Shown: piece after piece, positions 17,997 to 27,849 of the stretch
Layout of the letters: each line of letters starts with the position of its first letter
Position numbering within the stretch: position 1 is the stretch's first letter
NCBI GenBank assembly: GCA_964347155.1
Contig: CAYFXR010000161.1
Coordinates: 1 to 58,356 of the forward strand
Direction: 5' to 3'
From: an uncultured Nitrospiraceae bacterium
Lineage (GTDB): Bacteria > Nitrospirota > Thermodesulfovibrionia > UBA6902
Length of the DNA stretch: 58,356 nucleotides
The notes under the pieces: model-generated
The model's database searches: none
Told to the model about the DNA's origin: nothing
Seen by the model: only the letters and a program-made list of their open reading frames with translations
Program-made: the position numbers and the translations under genes

Positions 17997-18012
17997 AGCA
18001 AGCTAGATGCCA
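17997..18012 (-). promoter_or_regulatory. sigma54-type promoter (TGGCAT-CTAGC-TTGCT) abutting flgF
   Basis: Minus-strand read TGGCATCTAGCTTGCT. The -12 GC lies 17 nt upstream of the flgF ATG, and no SD is visible. Confidence 0.7.
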
Positions 18013-18021
18013 GATAAAACC

Positions 18022-18112
18022 AAAAATAAGAAATAGGAAATAAAAATAAAAAGCCTTATTTTCAGTTCTTAATTCTTGTTTCTTAGTTCTCATTTCTCTC
18101 TTTTCATTTCTC
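18022..18112. repeat. heptanucleotide-periodic spacer array
   Basis: AAATAAG AAATAGG AAATAAA ... AGTTCTT AATTCTT GTTTCTT AGTTCTC ATTTCTC TCTTTTC ATTTCTC. Confidence 0.7.
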
Positions 18113-18150
18113 AGGTTGAGGAAAATTTTTCCCACAGGGAAAATATCTGC

Positions 18151-18318
18151 CTATATCCTTATATCTATCCTTCCTTCCTTAATCTTCTGCTCGTCGGCTT
18201 CCTTTTTCTTATCCTTCTTGGAGCCCTTTTTTTGCTTCTTCTTCTGATTCATCTCTGTCTCCCGCTCCTTTTTCACTGCTGGTATACTGTATGTACTACT
18301 GAGGCCTTCGATTGCCAT
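18151..18318 (-). CDS. small lysine-rich hypothetical protein (55 aa)
   Basis: SD AAGAGGTG lies 7 nt before the ATG at 18318. Sequence MAIEGLSSTYSIPAVKKERETEMNQKKKQKKGSKKDKKKEADEQKIKEGRIDIRI. Located between fliA and flgF. Confidence 0.4.
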   Translation of the reverse strand: MAIEGLSSTYSIPAVKKERETEMNQKKKQKKGSKKDKKKEADEQKIKEGRIDIRI

Positions 18319-18434
18319 AATGACACCTCTTTTTTTTGATCGCCTCTCATTTAAAACGTATTTTATAAAAAACATCTATAAATTTTTGAACCTGCATTGC
18401 ATATCTATTCATGTGAGAATCCCTCAATTTAGGT

Positions 18435-19166
18435 TTAATTTAACTGTTTAAGCTTTGTCTTCAGTTTAACAAGTGCCTGACTATGAATCTGGCAAACCCT
18501 CGATTCCGTAATACTCAGTACTTTACCAATCTCCTGCATGGTAAGTTCTTCCCAGTAATAAAGTGACAATACCAGCTTTTCCTTCTCTGGCAAAGTATCT
18601 ATTAACTGAGCGAGTTTGTCCTTCATATCTTTTTCCTCAAGAACGTTAAGGGGAGTTTTCGCTTTAGGGTCCGCTATACATTCCGATATATTCATATCAC
18701 TGTCTGCATGTTTATTATTCTTGAAATCTTCCATCCTTAATGATATCGAAGAGGTTGCATACTGCTGTATTTTGTAAAATTCATTAAGATGCATCTTGAG
18801 CGATTTTGCTACTTCAATGTCATCAGGCATTCTGCCAAGTTTCTTTTCAAGCTTTGTCCGTGCCTTATTAATATCATCAATCTTTTTCCTCATTGATCTT
18901 GGAATCCACGCTGTTGCCCTCAGTTCATCAATCATTGCACCCTTTATCCGCAACTCCGCATATGTCTTCAACTTAACCTTTCCTGGTTCATATCTTTTAA
19001 CCGCATCCATCAAACCCATAAGGCCAACGCTGATAAGGTCGTCTATGTTAAGATGAGGGGGAAGTTTCCATGAAAGTCTGAAAGCAGTGTATTTGATATA
19101 GGGGAGAAACTCCTTTATTATCTGCTCTTTCTTTTCTTCTTTAATTATCGCTTTATGCTTTAACAT
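18435..19166 (-). CDS. fliA: flagellar sigma factor FliA (sigma28)
   Basis: 243 aa with sigma70 regions 2-4 (DLISVGLMGLMDAVKRYEP...LTMQEIGKVLSITESRVCQIHSQAL). It follows flhG. Confidence 0.95.
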   Translation of the reverse strand: MLKHKAIIKEEKKEQIIKEFLPYIKYTAFRLSWKLPPHLNIDDLISVGLMGLMDAVKRYEPGKVKLKTYAELRIKGAMIDELRATAWIPRSMRKKIDDINKARTKLEKKLGRMPDDIEVAKSLKMHLNEFYKIQQYATSSISLRMEDFKNNKHADSDMNISECIADPKAKTPLNVLEEKDMKDKLAQLIDTLPEKEKLVLSLYYWEELTMQEIGKVLSITESRVCQIHSQALVKLKTKLKQLN

Positions 19167-19984
19167 CCTGTCTTCAAAAGACCCCCAAAAAAGAACTGGA
19201 GTGTTCCTTTAACATTGTTACTGTTGCTTTCATTACAAATTTTATGAGCAATTTTCATTAAGCTCTTCGCTGCATCACTATCAGGATAAATATCGATTAA
19301 AGCCCTTTGTTGTCGAACAGCTTTCTGTACAAAACTGTCATGTGGCACATATCCAATGTAATCAAGTGATATACTGAGAAATCTTTCAGCAGCAGTCGAA
19401 AGTCTCTTATACACATCTGTTGCTTCCTTAGCATTTTTCACCGAATTGACAAGAATTTTAAAATTCTTCTCCTGATACTTTGTAAAAAGAACCTTGATGA
19501 GAGCGTATGCATCAGTCATTGCAGTAGGCTCTGCTGATGTCACAACAATAATATCCTGTGCAGCCATGCAGAAAAATCCTACATTTGTGGAGATTCCAGA
19601 AGAGGTGTCTATCAAGAGATAATCCACATAACCATCATATGAATCAAACTCATCAATCAACCGCAATCTTTGAAACTCATCGAGTGATGTCAACTCCTGA
19701 ATACCAGAACTTGCCGGAAGTATTTTTATCCCCTGTGGGCCTTCAACAATAAGATCTTTTAATTTTTTTTCTCCTTTGAAAAGATGTTTGATGTTGTATT
19801 TTGTTGCAAGATTCAGTATAACGTCTATGTTGCTTAAGCCAAGATCAGCATCAAATACCAGTACTTTTTTATTCAGTCTGCTAAATCCAATTGCAAGATT
19901 TGCTGTAATATTTGTCTTTCCCACACCACCTTTTCCACTCGCTATCGCTATTGTTCTCACTACCGTTTTTTCTTCAATATTCAT
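19160..19984 (-). CDS. flhG: flagellar number regulator FlhG (MinD-type ATPase)
   Basis: 274 aa with the deviant Walker A motif ASGKGGVGKT. Located between flhF and fliA. Confidence 0.92.
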   Translation of the reverse strand: MNIEEKTVVRTIAIASGKGGVGKTNITANLAIGFSRLNKKVLVFDADLGLSNIDVILNLATKYNIKHLFKGEKKLKDLIVEGPQGIKILPASSGIQELTSLDEFQRLRLIDEFDSYDGYVDYLLIDTSSGISTNVGFFCMAAQDIIVVTSAEPTAMTDAYALIKVLFTKYQEKNFKILVNSVKNAKEATDVYKRLSTAAERFLSISLDYIGYVPHDSFVQKAVRQQRALIDIYPDSDAAKSLMKIAHKICNESNSNNVKGTLQFFFGGLLKTGC

Positions 19985-21105
19985 TATGCACTCCCTGTTC
20001 TGATAATAAGATTTGCCAATTTTTTGCTGTCAACAAATTCAATATTTCCCGGCACTTTCTGCCCTGTAGTTATATACGCAACAGGTTTTTTATAAAGGCA
20101 GCAAAGGTTGTAAATCGAACCGAATTTCACGGCCTCATCAGTCTTTGTAAAAGCAATATAGTCTATAGGGAGAGACTTGTAATGCTGATAGGTATGCATA
20201 AGAAAATCACAGTCACTTGATGTGCTTAACAATAGCTGTGTTTCAATAGGTAATCCTATCCTGTAGACCTTCTCAAGTCCTTTAATATATTCTTTTTCTC
20301 CCGGGTTCTGTCCTGTTGTATCTATCAATAAAATATCTCTGTCAGAAAATCTGTTTACGCTCCATTTCAAATTCTCAACACTTGAAACTATATCAAGTGG
20401 AATTCCCATCATCCTTGAATATATTCGTATCTGTTCCGCTGCACCTATTTTGTATGTATCAATACTCATCATGGCAACTTTCTTCCCTTCCTTTATTGCC
20501 TTTGATGCAAGCTTTGCAACGGTAGTTGTCTTACCAACACCGGTAGGTCCAATAAGCATAATGATCCTTCTGCTTTGTCGGGAATATTCGCTTCCCTTAC
20601 CCGTAATATTGTTAACAAACATGCTTGAGGTTCTCATGTTTTCCGACATACGCATTTTGAGCTCCTCTAAATCATGGGCACCTTCGACAAGCCTGAGGGC
20701 AAATTCCTCTTTTACCGATTGTTTTTTTAGAAAATGAAACATTTTTCCCCTTTCTATCGGTAGCTTTAACTCAAAACCACTATTTTTCATATTCTCAATA
20801 CAATCCCTCAGGCATTTTATCTCATTTTTTAATTCCATAAATCCGCTTGAAAATAATCTCATTGAGATGTCCCCGGATGAATCAGGATCACTACCATGGC
20901 TCGTATCGTCCTGATACTTCGCGATGTCCTTATACTCATCATCAATCGTTTCAATGTCATAATCAACAGCCGCTGTAACCTCTACGCACGACCTCATTCC
21001 CCTTCTATCTTCAGACGAAAGGATTACGGCATCTTTTCCAAGTTCCCTCTTTACAAGAGAAAGAGCTTCTCTAAAGCTCCCTGCCCGAATTTTTTTAATC
21101 TTCAT
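19984..21105 (-). CDS. flhF: flagellar GTPase FlhF (SRP-type)
   Basis: 373 aa with GPTGVGKTTT and DTTG motifs, located after flhA. Confidence 0.92.
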   Translation of the reverse strand: MKIKKIRAGSFREALSLVKRELGKDAVILSSEDRRGMRSCVEVTAAVDYDIETIDDEYKDIAKYQDDTSHGSDPDSSGDISMRLFSSGFMELKNEIKCLRDCIENMKNSGFELKLPIERGKMFHFLKKQSVKEEFALRLVEGAHDLEELKMRMSENMRTSSMFVNNITGKGSEYSRQSRRIIMLIGPTGVGKTTTVAKLASKAIKEGKKVAMMSIDTYKIGAAEQIRIYSRMMGIPLDIVSSVENLKWSVNRFSDRDILLIDTTGQNPGEKEYIKGLEKVYRIGLPIETQLLLSTSSDCDFLMHTYQHYKSLPIDYIAFTKTDEAVKFGSIYNLCCLYKKPVAYITTGQKVPGNIEFVDSKKLANLIIRTGSA

Positions 21106-23125
21106 ACTTCACCATTCCTTTTATATCCAGATTTGTATTAGATACAATTTCTGCACTTGAAAGCACTACAAGCGATGGGGTAATCCTTTCAACAATCTTT
21201 CTCAGATATTTCCTGACATTAGCAGAACAGAGAATAATCGGCTGTATACCTTCCACCTTGCCTGAAGAAAGAAGACTTTCGATGCTCTTCACAAGCTTGT
21301 TAATAATATCAGGATTTATACCACCGTCTTCAACCTGCAAGAGAAGCTTTTCAAATGTCGGATCCAGAGTAAACACGGGCAATCTACCATCGTCGATGAC
21401 ATACTGCCTGGTAATCGTCCTTGAGAGAGCCTGGCGGACATATTCTGTAAGTATTTCCGTATCCTTTACATTTGGAGAATAATCAAGCAATGTATCTAAA
21501 ATTTTAACCATATCCTTTATCGGCACCCTTTCTTTTAAGAGATTCTGAAGTACACGTTGAACAGCGCCGAGTGTAAGATGTGAAGGAATGAGTTCTTCAA
21601 CGATCTTAGGATATGACTTTGAAATCTTATCCAGCAGTTTCTGCGTCTCGCTTCTTGTAAGGAGTTCACTTGAATGTTCCCTTATAAGTTCAGTCAAATG
21701 TGTACCGATAACAGTGGATGGCTCAACCACCATATAACCAGAGAGTTGTGCCTTTTCTACGTCTTTTTCATCGATCCAGTAAGCCGGAAGACCGAATGCC
21801 GGTTCCTTTGTTGGAACACCTTCAATCCTCTCAGACTCACCGGAAGCAACAGCAAGCCAACTTCCCATTATCACCTCACCTTTAGCAATCTCGATCCCGC
21901 GAATGAGAAAACTATATTCATGAGGTCTTAATTGCAGGTTGTCTTTTATATGAATCGGCGATACAACAAATCCAAGTTCTGCAGCAAGCTGTCTTCTCAT
22001 AGCCTTTATTTTTCCAAGTAGCTCTCCATTGGTCTCATCAACAAGAGGTATGAGTCCATAACCTATTTCAAGACTAAGAGGGTCAAGCTCAAGTAAGGAT
22101 TCTATTTTGGGTTCCTCGGATACAGGCACCTCAGAAACTGTGGTATCTTCCTCCTCAGAAGTAACTCTTGTCAATACATATGCGATTCCTCCAGAAATTG
22201 CTGATACAAGGAAAAAAGGTATATGTGGAAGTCCCGGGACAAAACCAAAAGCCATTAAGACACCAGCAACTGTAATAAGCGATTTGGGATTAATCAGTAC
22301 CTGATTTGTAATATCCTTTCCAATGTCGCTTTCTCTGCCTGCGCGGCTTACTACAATACCGGCAGCAGTTGATATCAGGAGTGCTGGAATCTGGGATACC
22401 AGGCCATCGCCTATAGTGAGTATCGTGTATGTTGTGGCAGCTTCAACGATTGGCATATCTTTTTGCAGTACTCCAATAATAAGTCCTCCAACTATATTAA
22501 TTGCGGTTATAATTAATCCAGCAACTGCATCACCCCTTACGAACTTACTCGCACCATCCATAGAGCCATAATAGTCGGCTTCCCGTGCAATAGTATCTCT
22601 GCGCATACGTGCTTCTGCTTCATCTATAAGGCCGGTATTTAAATCAGCATCTATTGCCATCTGTTTGCCTGGCATTGCATCGAGAGTAAACCTTGCTGCG
22701 ACCTCTGCTATTCTCCCTGCACCTTTTGTGATAACCACAAAATTAACAACAACCAGTATCAGAAAGATTATTATTCCCACAGCATAATTTCCACCAACCA
22801 CAAAGTTTCCAAAAGATTTGATAACCTGTCCGGCAGCATCTATTCCCTCATTTCCTTTTAAGAGAATAAGCCTTGTAGTTGCAACGTTAAGCGAAAGCCT
22901 GTAAAGTGTGGCTATGAGGAGTACCGAGGGCAGCACCGAAAAATCAAGTGGCTTTTTAATGTAGATAGATGTAATAAGAATTGTTATTGAAAGTGAAATT
23001 GAAAGCGTTAACAGTAAATCAAGCAAAAAGGGCGGGAGAGGAAGAATCATCACTCCAATGACTGATACCATCATTACGGCAACCACTACATCCTCTCTTT
23101 GTTGCATTACATCCAATAATCTCAT
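21095..23125 (-). CDS. flhA: flagellar export apparatus protein FlhA
   Basis: 676 aa with a conserved TM region and FVRGDAVAGLIIT motif. Confidence 0.97.
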   Translation of the reverse strand: MRLLDVMQQREDVVVAVMMVSVIGVMILPLPPFLLDLLLTLSISLSITILITSIYIKKPLDFSVLPSVLLIATLYRLSLNVATTRLILLKGNEGIDAAGQVIKSFGNFVVGGNYAVGIIIFLILVVVNFVVITKGAGRIAEVAARFTLDAMPGKQMAIDADLNTGLIDEAEARMRRDTIAREADYYGSMDGASKFVRGDAVAGLIITAINIVGGLIIGVLQKDMPIVEAATTYTILTIGDGLVSQIPALLISTAAGIVVSRAGRESDIGKDITNQVLINPKSLITVAGVLMAFGFVPGLPHIPFFLVSAISGGIAYVLTRVTSEEEDTTVSEVPVSEEPKIESLLELDPLSLEIGYGLIPLVDETNGELLGKIKAMRRQLAAELGFVVSPIHIKDNLQLRPHEYSFLIRGIEIAKGEVIMGSWLAVASGESERIEGVPTKEPAFGLPAYWIDEKDVEKAQLSGYMVVEPSTVIGTHLTELIREHSSELLTRSETQKLLDKISKSYPKIVEELIPSHLTLGAVQRVLQNLLKERVPIKDMVKILDTLLDYSPNVKDTEILTEYVRQALSRTITRQYVIDDGRLPVFTLDPTFEKLLLQVEDGGINPDIINKLVKSIESLLSSGKVEGIQPIILCSANVRKYLRKIVERITPSLVVLSSAEIVSNTNLDIKGMVKYED

Positions 23126-24162
23126 ATCTTTCCTTTTAATTTGTAAATATATGCAAGTATCTTGGCAACAGCAACATATAGTTCTTCCGGAATAAATGTA
23201 TTTAATTCAAGTCTGAATAATGCCCTTGCCAGAGGTTTGTCTTCGACAATCGGAATCCCGTGTTCTGTTGCTATCTCTTTTATCCGTTCTGCTATGAAAC
23301 CCGCACCTTTTGCTACAATCTTTGGCGCATGCATCATTTTTTCTTCATATTTAATTGCAACCGCCAAATGCTGCGGATTTGTAACGACAACTGTTGCAGT
23401 CGAAACCTCTTGCATCATACGTTTCCTAGCTGTCTCTCTCTGAATGCTCCTTATTCTCGACTTTACTATTGGATCTCCTTCTGTTTCCTTATGCTCTTCT
23501 TTAACCTCTTCTTTCGACATTCGCAAATTACGCTCAAACTGCCATTTTTCAAGTGCAGCACTCACAAGGGCAACAGCGAGGTAATAAAAAAATGCAGTTA
23601 CCAAAGCATCCATAACTAATTTACCTGAAACTCTTATGAGTTCATCTATTTCCATAGCTGAAAGCGTAGGAAATACTTTTAAGTCTTTCTTAATGATGTA
23701 ATAAACAACCCAACCTCCAATAGCAAACTTTAAAAGGCTCTTGAGCATCTCCGTAAGACCACGCATGGAAAAAATCTTTTTAATTCCTTCAACAGGATTA
23801 AGATTCTTGAGATCAATTTTAAGCGGTTTTATTACGAAACCTCCCTGCATTACAGCCGCTAGTGAAACCAAAATGACTGAAGCAAGAAAAATGGGAGAAA
23901 CGATTTTCCCGCCCTGCAGAATTGCAATCTTAGACACATGTAAAGGATCTCTTCCATGCTGAAGACTGAGAATTCCTGCTATCATATTAGATAAATTTGA
24001 GAAAAAATATTCTCCACCAAAATAAAAAATCATGATTATTCCACCCAAAGCCACTATCGAAGAAAGGTCACGACTTCTTGAAACCTGTCCCTTTTCTCTA
24101 GCCTTTTGCCGCTTTCGCGGGGTAGCTCGCTCAGTTTTATCCTGATATCCTTCTTCAGCCAT
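23122..24162 (-). CDS. flhB: flagellar export switch protein FlhB
   Basis: 346 aa with the NPQH autocleavage-type motif (VVVTNPQHLAVAI). Confidence 0.96.
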   Translation of the reverse strand: MAEEGYQDKTERATPRKRQKAREKGQVSRSRDLSSIVALGGIIMIFYFGGEYFFSNLSNMIAGILSLQHGRDPLHVSKIAILQGGKIVSPIFLASVILVSLAAVMQGGFVIKPLKIDLKNLNPVEGIKKIFSMRGLTEMLKSLLKFAIGGWVVYYIIKKDLKVFPTLSAMEIDELIRVSGKLVMDALVTAFFYYLAVALVSAALEKWQFERNLRMSKEEVKEEHKETEGDPIVKSRIRSIQRETARKRMMQEVSTATVVVTNPQHLAVAIKYEEKMMHAPKIVAKGAGFIAERIKEIATEHGIPIVEDKPLARALFRLELNTFIPEELYVAVAKILAYIYKLKGKI

Positions 24163-24280
24163 CTTATTTACCCTTAACTTTTAATTTTTTACTCTTTATT
24201 TTTTCTTTTTACCGCTTACTTTTTTCTTTTTACCCCTTACTGCTTACTCCATACTCTTTACTCTTAACCCTTATTTTCAT
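24163..24280. repeat. heptanucleotide-periodic spacer (fliR/flhB junction)
   Basis: The whole 118-bp intercistronic gap has 7-nt periodicity: ...TTTTACC GCTTACT TTTTTCT TTTTACC CCTTACT GCTTACT CCATACT CTTTACT CTTAACC... Confidence 0.7.
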
Positions 24281-25060
24281 CTATCCTTTTGCCATCATAA
24301 CAAGACGTGCTATTTCATCTCGCATATTACTGAAATTTATATCCATGACATACTCAAAAACAGGAATACTTAATACCATCAAGACAAAACCCAGAAAAAT
24401 ATTGAGAGGTAAGGCAATAAAAAATATATTCATCTGTGGTGCTGCCTTTGACAACAACCCTGTCAACAGATTGGATATTAACAAACCGACAATAACCGGT
24501 GAGCTAATTTTTAATGCAAGAACAAAAAGTTTGCTTCCTATAGACAGTACCTCGGGGATGATAGGCATAATGTTCAGTTGGCCGCCCGGCAATAACTCAA
24601 AACTTTTCACAAAAACGTATATAAGATCGTGATGTGCATCCATGACAAGAAAAAACAACATTGTCATAATGCCGTATGCTTCTGCTATATGGGTTGACTG
24701 GCCCATCTCAGGATCAAAGACCCTGGCAATTGACATTCCCATTACATAGCTAATAAATAATCCGGCCATATTCACGGCCAAAAAAACAAATCTGACAGTT
24801 AGTCCGAGAGCAATTCCGATAAATATTTCCTTAAGTATTAACAGGGGGATATTATTCTCCGAAATTTCAAATTTAACAACGGGTGTTAAAAGCAGTGCTA
24901 TTAACACCGCTAGGCCTATCCTGAATTGCGCAGGCAACTGTTTACCTCCAATAACGGGAAGCAAACTAACAAATATCCCTGACCTGAGCAGAATAAACAA
25001 GAAGTTTGTTATGTATTGAGAGAATGTAGTAATGTTATCTGTCAGGATAATATCGTTCAA
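24281..25060 (-). CDS. fliR: flagellar export apparatus protein FliR
   Basis: 259-aa polytopic membrane protein after fliQ. Confidence 0.93.
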   Translation of the reverse strand: MNDIILTDNITTFSQYITNFLFILLRSGIFVSLLPVIGGKQLPAQFRIGLAVLIALLLTPVVKFEISENNIPLLILKEIFIGIALGLTVRFVFLAVNMAGLFISYVMGMSIARVFDPEMGQSTHIAEAYGIMTMLFFLVMDAHHDLIYVFVKSFELLPGGQLNIMPIIPEVLSIGSKLFVLALKISSPVIVGLLISNLLTGLLSKAAPQMNIFFIALPLNIFLGFVLMVLSIPVFEYVMDINFSNMRDEIARLVMMAKG

Positions 25061-25164
25061 TTCTTATTCCTTTTTTTCACTCGTTATACTTTAATCGCTA
25101 TTCGAAATAAATAAGAAAGATAACGAATAACATATAAGGGCAACCTTTAACAATTTAAGAATTT

Positions 25165-25434
25165 TCATTTTATGTAATACGGTATTTGTTGAATCAGGTT
25201 CCTGGTAAACGTCAGGAGTTTATCTGTCATCCACGGCATAAGAAGAAATAGACAAAGAAACACTACAAGCATTTTTGGTACAAATGTCAGTGTAAATTCC
25301 TGTATTTGCGTTACTGTCTGAAACAAGCCGACAAGCAGTCCTACAACCAAACCTATCAAAAGTGCCGGCCCTCCTACTAACAGTACGGTTTTAAACATCT
25401 CTGCGGATATCCCTTTTATAAGCTCTTGAGTCAC
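25165..25434 (-). CDS. fliQ: flagellar export apparatus protein FliQ
   Basis: The start is re-set to the GTG at 25434, with SD GAGGAG upstream and a 1-nt overlap with the fliP stop. 89 aa with two TM helices. Confidence 0.9.
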   Translation of the reverse strand: MTQELIKGISAEMFKTVLLVGGPALLIGLVVGLLVGLFQTVTQIQEFTLTFVPKMLVVFLCLFLLMPWMTDKLLTFTRNLIQQIPYYIK

Positions 25435-26159
25435 TAAAAACTCCTCATCATCGAACCTACTACCAGGTTCCACCCGTCAACAAGCACAAACAAAAGCAGT
25501 TTAAATGGAAGTGATATCATAACCGGGGGAAGCATCATCATTCCCATACTTAAAAGTATGCTCGCAACAACCATATCTACTACAAGAAAAGGCAAAAACA
25601 ACAAGAAGCCAATTTCAAACGCAGTTTTGAGTTCGCTTATTGCAAAGGCCGGAATAAGGACACTCATTGTTAATTCAGCAGGTGTTTCCGGAGACGGCTT
25701 TTTTGACAGGCCGGAAAACAACGCAATATCTTTTTTCCTTGTTTGTTTCAACATAAAATTTTTTAACGGCGGCACTGCCTGCTCAAGAGCATCTCCCAAA
25801 TTTATTTCTTCTTCAATATATGGTGTTACTGCATTTTCATTAATAACATTAATAGTCGGTGACATAATAAAGAATGTAAGAAATAGTGAAAGTCCAATAA
25901 TTACCGGGTTTGGCGGTACCTGCTGCCCCCCGAACGCATGGCGCAAAAAAGACAGTACAACAACAATACGGGTAAAAGAGGTAAACATAATCAGCACTGC
26001 CGGTAAAAAGGAAAGAAAACTTATTAAAAGAAAAACCTCAATGAGAGGACTATTAATATCCTTGAAGTCAATTGCATACACAGGAGAGGTCATCACAAGA
26101 AGCAAAAATAAAATAGCGGTAATCGTTACAAACTTCAATATACAATTTTTCATTTCCAA
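25434..26159 (-). CDS. fliP: flagellar export apparatus protein FliP
   Basis: 241 aa with FTRIVVVLSFLRHAFG and the C-terminal MMMLPPVMISLPFKLLLFVLVDGW. Confidence 0.96.
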   Translation of the reverse strand: MEMKNCILKFVTITAILFLLLVMTSPVYAIDFKDINSPLIEVFLLISFLSFLPAVLIMFTSFTRIVVVLSFLRHAFGGQQVPPNPVIIGLSLFLTFFIMSPTINVINENAVTPYIEEEINLGDALEQAVPPLKNFMLKQTRKKDIALFSGLSKKPSPETPAELTMSVLIPAFAISELKTAFEIGFLLFLPFLVVDMVVASILLSMGMMMLPPVMISLPFKLLLFVLVDGWNLVVGSMMRSF

Positions 26160-26467
26160 TTTCTTTGCACCCTAATACTTCTGAACTTTTCCAATTTACT
26201 CTGAAACCCTTCAATCTCTTTTAATTCAAGTTCGCCGTCTTTAAAGATTCTTAATAGTCTCATATCATTCGATGTAACGCCCAGTATCAATATTTCATTC
26301 CCGATCTTTAATGCTGCTACACCTTTTTTAGGACCGAATGGCTGATAGCTGACTACACTCATAAGACCATATCTGTTTTGTTTCTTCTTCAGCAGAAATC
26401 CGACAACAATTATCAAAAAGATTACAAAGGTAAGGGCTACAGCCATTTGTATATAAGTCCCTGTCAT
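26150..26467 (-). CDS. fliO: flagellar protein FliO
   Basis: 105 aa with a single TM helix, located between fliN and fliP. Confidence 0.7.
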   Translation of the reverse strand: MTGTYIQMAVALTFVIFLIIVVGFLLKKKQNRYGLMSVVSYQPFGPKKGVAALKIGNEILILGVTSNDMRLLRIFKDGELELKEIEGFQSKLEKFRSIRVQRNWK

Positions 26468-26847
26468 CTCAGCTGTGTCAACCTTTCTGACGGACTAACG
26501 ACATCCGTAAGCCTTATACCAAATTTTTCATTCACCACAACTACTTCTCCCCTTGCGATAAGCCTGTTGTTTGCTAATATCTCCATTGGTTCGCCTGCAA
26601 GTTTTTCTAATTCTATAACTGATCCCTGACCAAGCTGTAAGAGCTCTTTTATCAGCATCTTTGCATTTCCAAGCTGTACGGTAATCTCAACAGGGATATC
26701 GAGCAGAAAATCTATATCCCTTGAAGCTGTTTGCTTATTGTCCTCTCTCAAGTCTTCAAACTCATGCTGCTTAAACTCTTCTTCTTGCTTCACATCTTCT
26801 TCTTGCTTCACATCTTCCTCTTGCTTAATATCTTCTTCCATAAACAC
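26464..26847 (-). CDS. fliN: flagellar motor switch protein FliN
   Basis: 127 aa with a SpoA-type C-terminus (LDIPVEITVQLGNAKMLIKELLQLGQGSVIELEKLAGEP). Confidence 0.92.
   Translation of the reverse strand: MFMEEDIKQEEDVKQEEDVKQEEEFKQHEFEDLREDNKQTASRDIDFLLDIPVEITVQLGNAKMLIKELLQLGQGSVIELEKLAGEPMEILANNRLIARGEVVVVNEKFGIRLTDVVSPSERLTQLR
26778..26831 (-). repeat. 18-nt tandem repeat x3 in the fliN 5' region
   Basis: CTTCTTCTTGCTTCACAT x2 plus a variant copy, encoding (EEDVKQ)3. Confidence 0.85.
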
Positions 26848-26874
26848 CCCTTTCCTTATAATTTTCTTATTTTG

Positions 26875-27849
26875 TCACTCAAAAATATTTGTTACCTTTA
26901 TCGCCTGATTCCCCTTGCTGTATCCCGGTACACCTTTAAACTTTGGAGAACCTTCTACTTTAACAATAAGTTCATCTGATACAGATTTCCCAAGATTTAA
27001 CACGTTACCAACCTCAAAATGTATCAATTCCCCAAATGTAACAACTAACTTCCCTATCTCTGCTACTACATTTAAGCGAGTCTCCTTTAAAACCTCTTTC
27101 ATCATGAGCGCCCATCTGTGGTCTGTTTCGAATTTGTCACCATGTATACCTGAATAAAGTTTTTCTTTTATTGGCTCCACCATTGAATACGGGACACAAA
27201 AGAACAACCTGCCTGTAAAATCTTCTATCTCTATGTTGATTTCTATGTTAATTATGATTTCACCAGGTGTAACAATAGAAACAAACTGCGGATTTATCTC
27301 GGAGTTAATGTACTTCGGCTGGACAGGTACTATTATTTTCCAGGCTGTTTGTACATCTTTCAATATTATATTTACTACCTTATTAATGACCCTCTGCTCA
27401 ATCGGCGTAAATGCCCTCCCCTCTGTTTTTATATGCTGTGCATTAGCTGCTCCAAAGAAAAACTCGATAAACGCAAAAACAAGTGGCGCCTCTAATACAA
27501 GCAGCGAATAACCCTTGAGTGGTTCCATCGTAAAGATATTTATACTGGATGGCATGGGGATGGTCTTTATAAAATCACTATATTTTATTGTCTCGATACC
27601 TTGAATATTTATATCAATGTACTTCATGATTAGTTTAGAAATAGAACCTCTCAGCAATCTTGAAAATGTGTCATTTACCCTTTCGAGACCGGGCATCTTG
27701 CCACGGATAATGCGTTCCTGGTTTGCAAAGTCATATGGGAGTTCATCCCCTACTATTTTTTCTTTTGCTTCTTCTGTATCTATCTCTCCTGATGCTACGC
27801 CTTTCAGGAGAGCATCAACTTCATCCTGTGAAAGTATTTTTTCTGTCAT
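26875..27849 (-). CDS. fliM: flagellar motor switch protein FliM
   Basis: 324 aa with the N-terminal LSQDEVDALL CheY-P-binding motif. Confidence 0.95.
   Translation of the reverse strand: MTEKILSQDEVDALLKGVASGEIDTEEAKEKIVGDELPYDFANQERIIRGKMPGLERVNDTFSRLLRGSISKLIMKYIDINIQGIETIKYSDFIKTIPMPSSINIFTMEPLKGYSLLVLEAPLVFAFIEFFFGAANAQHIKTEGRAFTPIEQRVINKVVNIILKDVQTAWKIIVPVQPKYINSEINPQFVSIVTPGEIIINIEINIEIEDFTGRLFFCVPYSMVEPIKEKLYSGIHGDKFETDHRWALMMKEVLKETRLNVVAEIGKLVVTFGELIHFEVGNVLNLGKSVSDELIVKVEGSPKFKGVPGYSKGNQAIKVTNIFE

Noticed and set aside
25558-26175. A 205-aa plus-strand ORF antisense to fliP. Similar long antisense ORFs include 29510-30040 and 29641-29991 opposite the NHL gene, and 44651-45124 opposite cheA.
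   Set aside because: They lie entirely within well-supported genes on the other strand. They have low-complexity or biased composition mirroring the sense codons, no SD, and no recognisable motifs.
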